63,689 nt of DNA, from contig JAAPAO010000142.1 of the NCBI GenBank assembly GCA_013115145.1, positions 1 to 63,689 on the forward strand, in the 5' to 3' direction. The notes below the pieces were generated by a model. The model searched no databases. It was not told the origin of the DNA and saw nothing but the letters and a program-made list of their open reading frames with translations. This stretch comes from Perkinsus chesapeaki ATCC PRA-425 (Eukaryota > Protista > Perkinsozoa). This document shows, piece after piece, positions 61,510 through 63,689 of the stretch (positions are counted from its first letter, which is position 1; the number at the start of each line of letters is the position of its first letter). The translations under genes and the position numbers were made by a program.

Positions 61510-63360
61510 AACTTAAGCTACACACGCCACGAGCTTATTAGATTGACTGCAGCTGCTGGTCATCGGGGACGCAGTGGGCACCGAAGCATCCTTTATAGAG
61601 GAGAAAGCTGGGCTGGAGGGGAGCGAGGGGGTGGCCTCCAACTTGCTTTTATTAACATGCATCTCGGCAAGCAAGTCAAGTGCATGTTTAATACCACGAT
61701 CGATGCCGAAACCTGATCAAGCTTGAAGCTAAGATACGCCTACGTATGAGCCTACATGACACTCCTCCGATGATCGCCATAGCAGTGCTCATATAAAAGG
61801 GGTAGGCGTGGTGGACGGGGCTCATATCGTAGAGGACACCGGCCAGCAGTGGGCCACATATACCACCTAGAGGAACATAAATGCTAGAATGACGAAGAGA
61901 TTGCTACCTGCATTTGACATGGCGATGACTAAGGAGTTGATGAGACCCCTTTTCTTAGGAGGCGATATGACGGCATTAAAGTAAGCTAGGCCGCCGAAAT
62001 AGAGGTTACCTATATGTGAAAAGATGAACAAGTTGGGGAAAGTTTGGTATGAATACCGCCGATGTTAACCATCATTCCTAGTATAACAGCACCGTATAAA
62101 TTATATATCCATGGCACTGCGATAACAACAACACACATAAGCTGACCAATGCAACCTATTCGGGCAGGAACCATAATGCCTGAGAATAGCAATGTGGCAA
62201 ATGGTACAGTGAGAGACGTACGTGTGAGAGGGACATATATGATATTGGCCACGATGGCTACGGCGGCTTGGATGCCCATTACGACACCATTTGCTGATGA
62301 TGATAAATGGAACCTATCGGCACCGAGAAGGCCAAAGACTGTGGTCCAAGTGAGATAGACGTATCTGCTCGAATGGTTATGTTACCGCTGGGCTGCTGCT
62401 GGGGGCCTACTGGCGGCAGAACGCGGCGATGCCGAGGCAGATGACAGTGGGAATGAGCCATCGATTCTTGGGGTACTCGAAGGTCTCCTCTTCGGCCTTC
62501 TTGACCTTCGAAACCAACTTACCGCTGCTGTCTTTAACAAGGGACTCTCGAAGGAATAAGAACTCTAACAATAGCAATACACCAGATACAATGCCCATAA
62601 AGTAGAAGGGCAGCCAGAGGGACACCTGCAATAGGGCGCCACCTGCAGCAAGGGAGGTTGAAGGGGAAACGGGGGTCAGGCAGACTCACCGATAACAGGA
62701 CCAATTAGCTGGCCAACGACAACAAAAATGCCCATGATTACACCGTAGAGCTTCATATCGTCATTCTCGCTGATGTCGCTGAGATAGGCTATAATAACCG
62801 GACGAGTGCCTAGGGGGAGATGGGCTGCTGCTTATCAGCGATGTCTTACCGGCAAGGACACCTTCAAGGGCTCTGAACCCAGCCAGGCTTGCCAGGTCCC
62901 ATGCATTGGCATCCGCGAACTGTGCACCAGTATAGAGCACAAGGGCAACGAGGAACAGCGGACGTCGGCCAACTCTGCGCGAAGTCGATGCTTCAACAGA
63001 AGGGAAGGCCCTTACCTATCCGAGAGCGGCCCAGTGAATAGGGAAGTAACGAACATTCCTATATTATAGGAAGCCATGAGGATCGAGGCTGCCGTTCCCT
63101 GTCCCATATTAGGAGCCAACTTCTTCACGTACCTTGTACGGTTAAATGGTAACCTTTGGTATGCTGGATGTGCCTTACCAAGGTGTGATTGGGGCCATTA
63201 ATGTGGCACCGGTCCATTCTACTAGGACACTAGAGAAGACCATGCCTAGATCCGCTACCCTTCTCGGGTCAGTTTTCATCCTATACCGCAGTCTGCCAAT
63301 AAGGCCTAGTTTACAGTACTCCTCGGAAGACAGCAGCTGTCCCTCTATACTAGGTGCCAT
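61510..63360 (-). CDS. Major facilitator superfamily transporter (DHA1/TetA-like), multi-exon
   Basis: Motif A GPLSDR|VGRRP, FRALEG, AYLSDIS and multiple TM segments. ATG at 63360; 3' end approximate. Confidence 0.85.
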
Positions 63361-63689
63361 CAGAGCAAAAACTAAACTGATTCGTATCTTTCATTCACCT
63401 AATTTATTATCCCACATTCCTTGCCTTAACGAAGCCCGTCATCACCACTGCATCAACCACGAGCTATTAGTACATATGACATCATTAGAGGCAACAGCAC
63501 GCTCGAAGTCGCAAAAGGAAGCTACAAAAGCCTCTTCCTTTTTTGTTTGTTATTAGGAGCTACTTTAATTCCAATAATGGAGACTGTTTCTTTAACTAGC
63601 CAATAGTGTGATGATTGTGAAGGGCCCACGGGAGGCCTTAGCCTATCCGTGGAGAAGCCGGTATAACTTGACTCAGCATTACCACCACC

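Overview
This is eukaryotic, gene-dense DNA with many short (about 40-60 nt) GT-AG introns, so the six-frame ORF track mostly shows single exons. Intron style and gene content suggest an alveolate, most likely a Perkinsus-type parasite (inference, not searched). Recognisable content in order: 3' end of a Ty3/Gypsy LTR retrotransposon; a sphingolipid (IPC/SM) synthase; PGAP3; an intronless FkbM methyltransferase; a probable RAD51 paralog; a mucin-like membrane protein; an intronless OTU+RING protein; a DHHC palmitoyltransferase; PHF5A; an LRR protein; an F-box-like/Neuralized protein; a subtilisin; a TmpA-family membrane flavoprotein; RRP9; a CCCH-SANT-CHY protein; three intronless paralogous secreted beta-rich proteins; a decayed non-LTR RT; a second sphingolipid synthase; a PPIL2-type cyclophilin lacking its N-terminal domain; HYOU1/GRP170; and an MFS transporter. 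The strongest leads are (i) the three secreted proteins with an RRL/RxL motif just after the signal peptide and signs of gene conversion, (ii) the OTU-RING possible ubiquitin editor, and (iii) the fungal/bacterial-type TmpA oxidoreductase. Multi-exon gene boundaries were spliced by eye and are approximate unless stated. No rRNA, tRNA or CRISPR array was seen.
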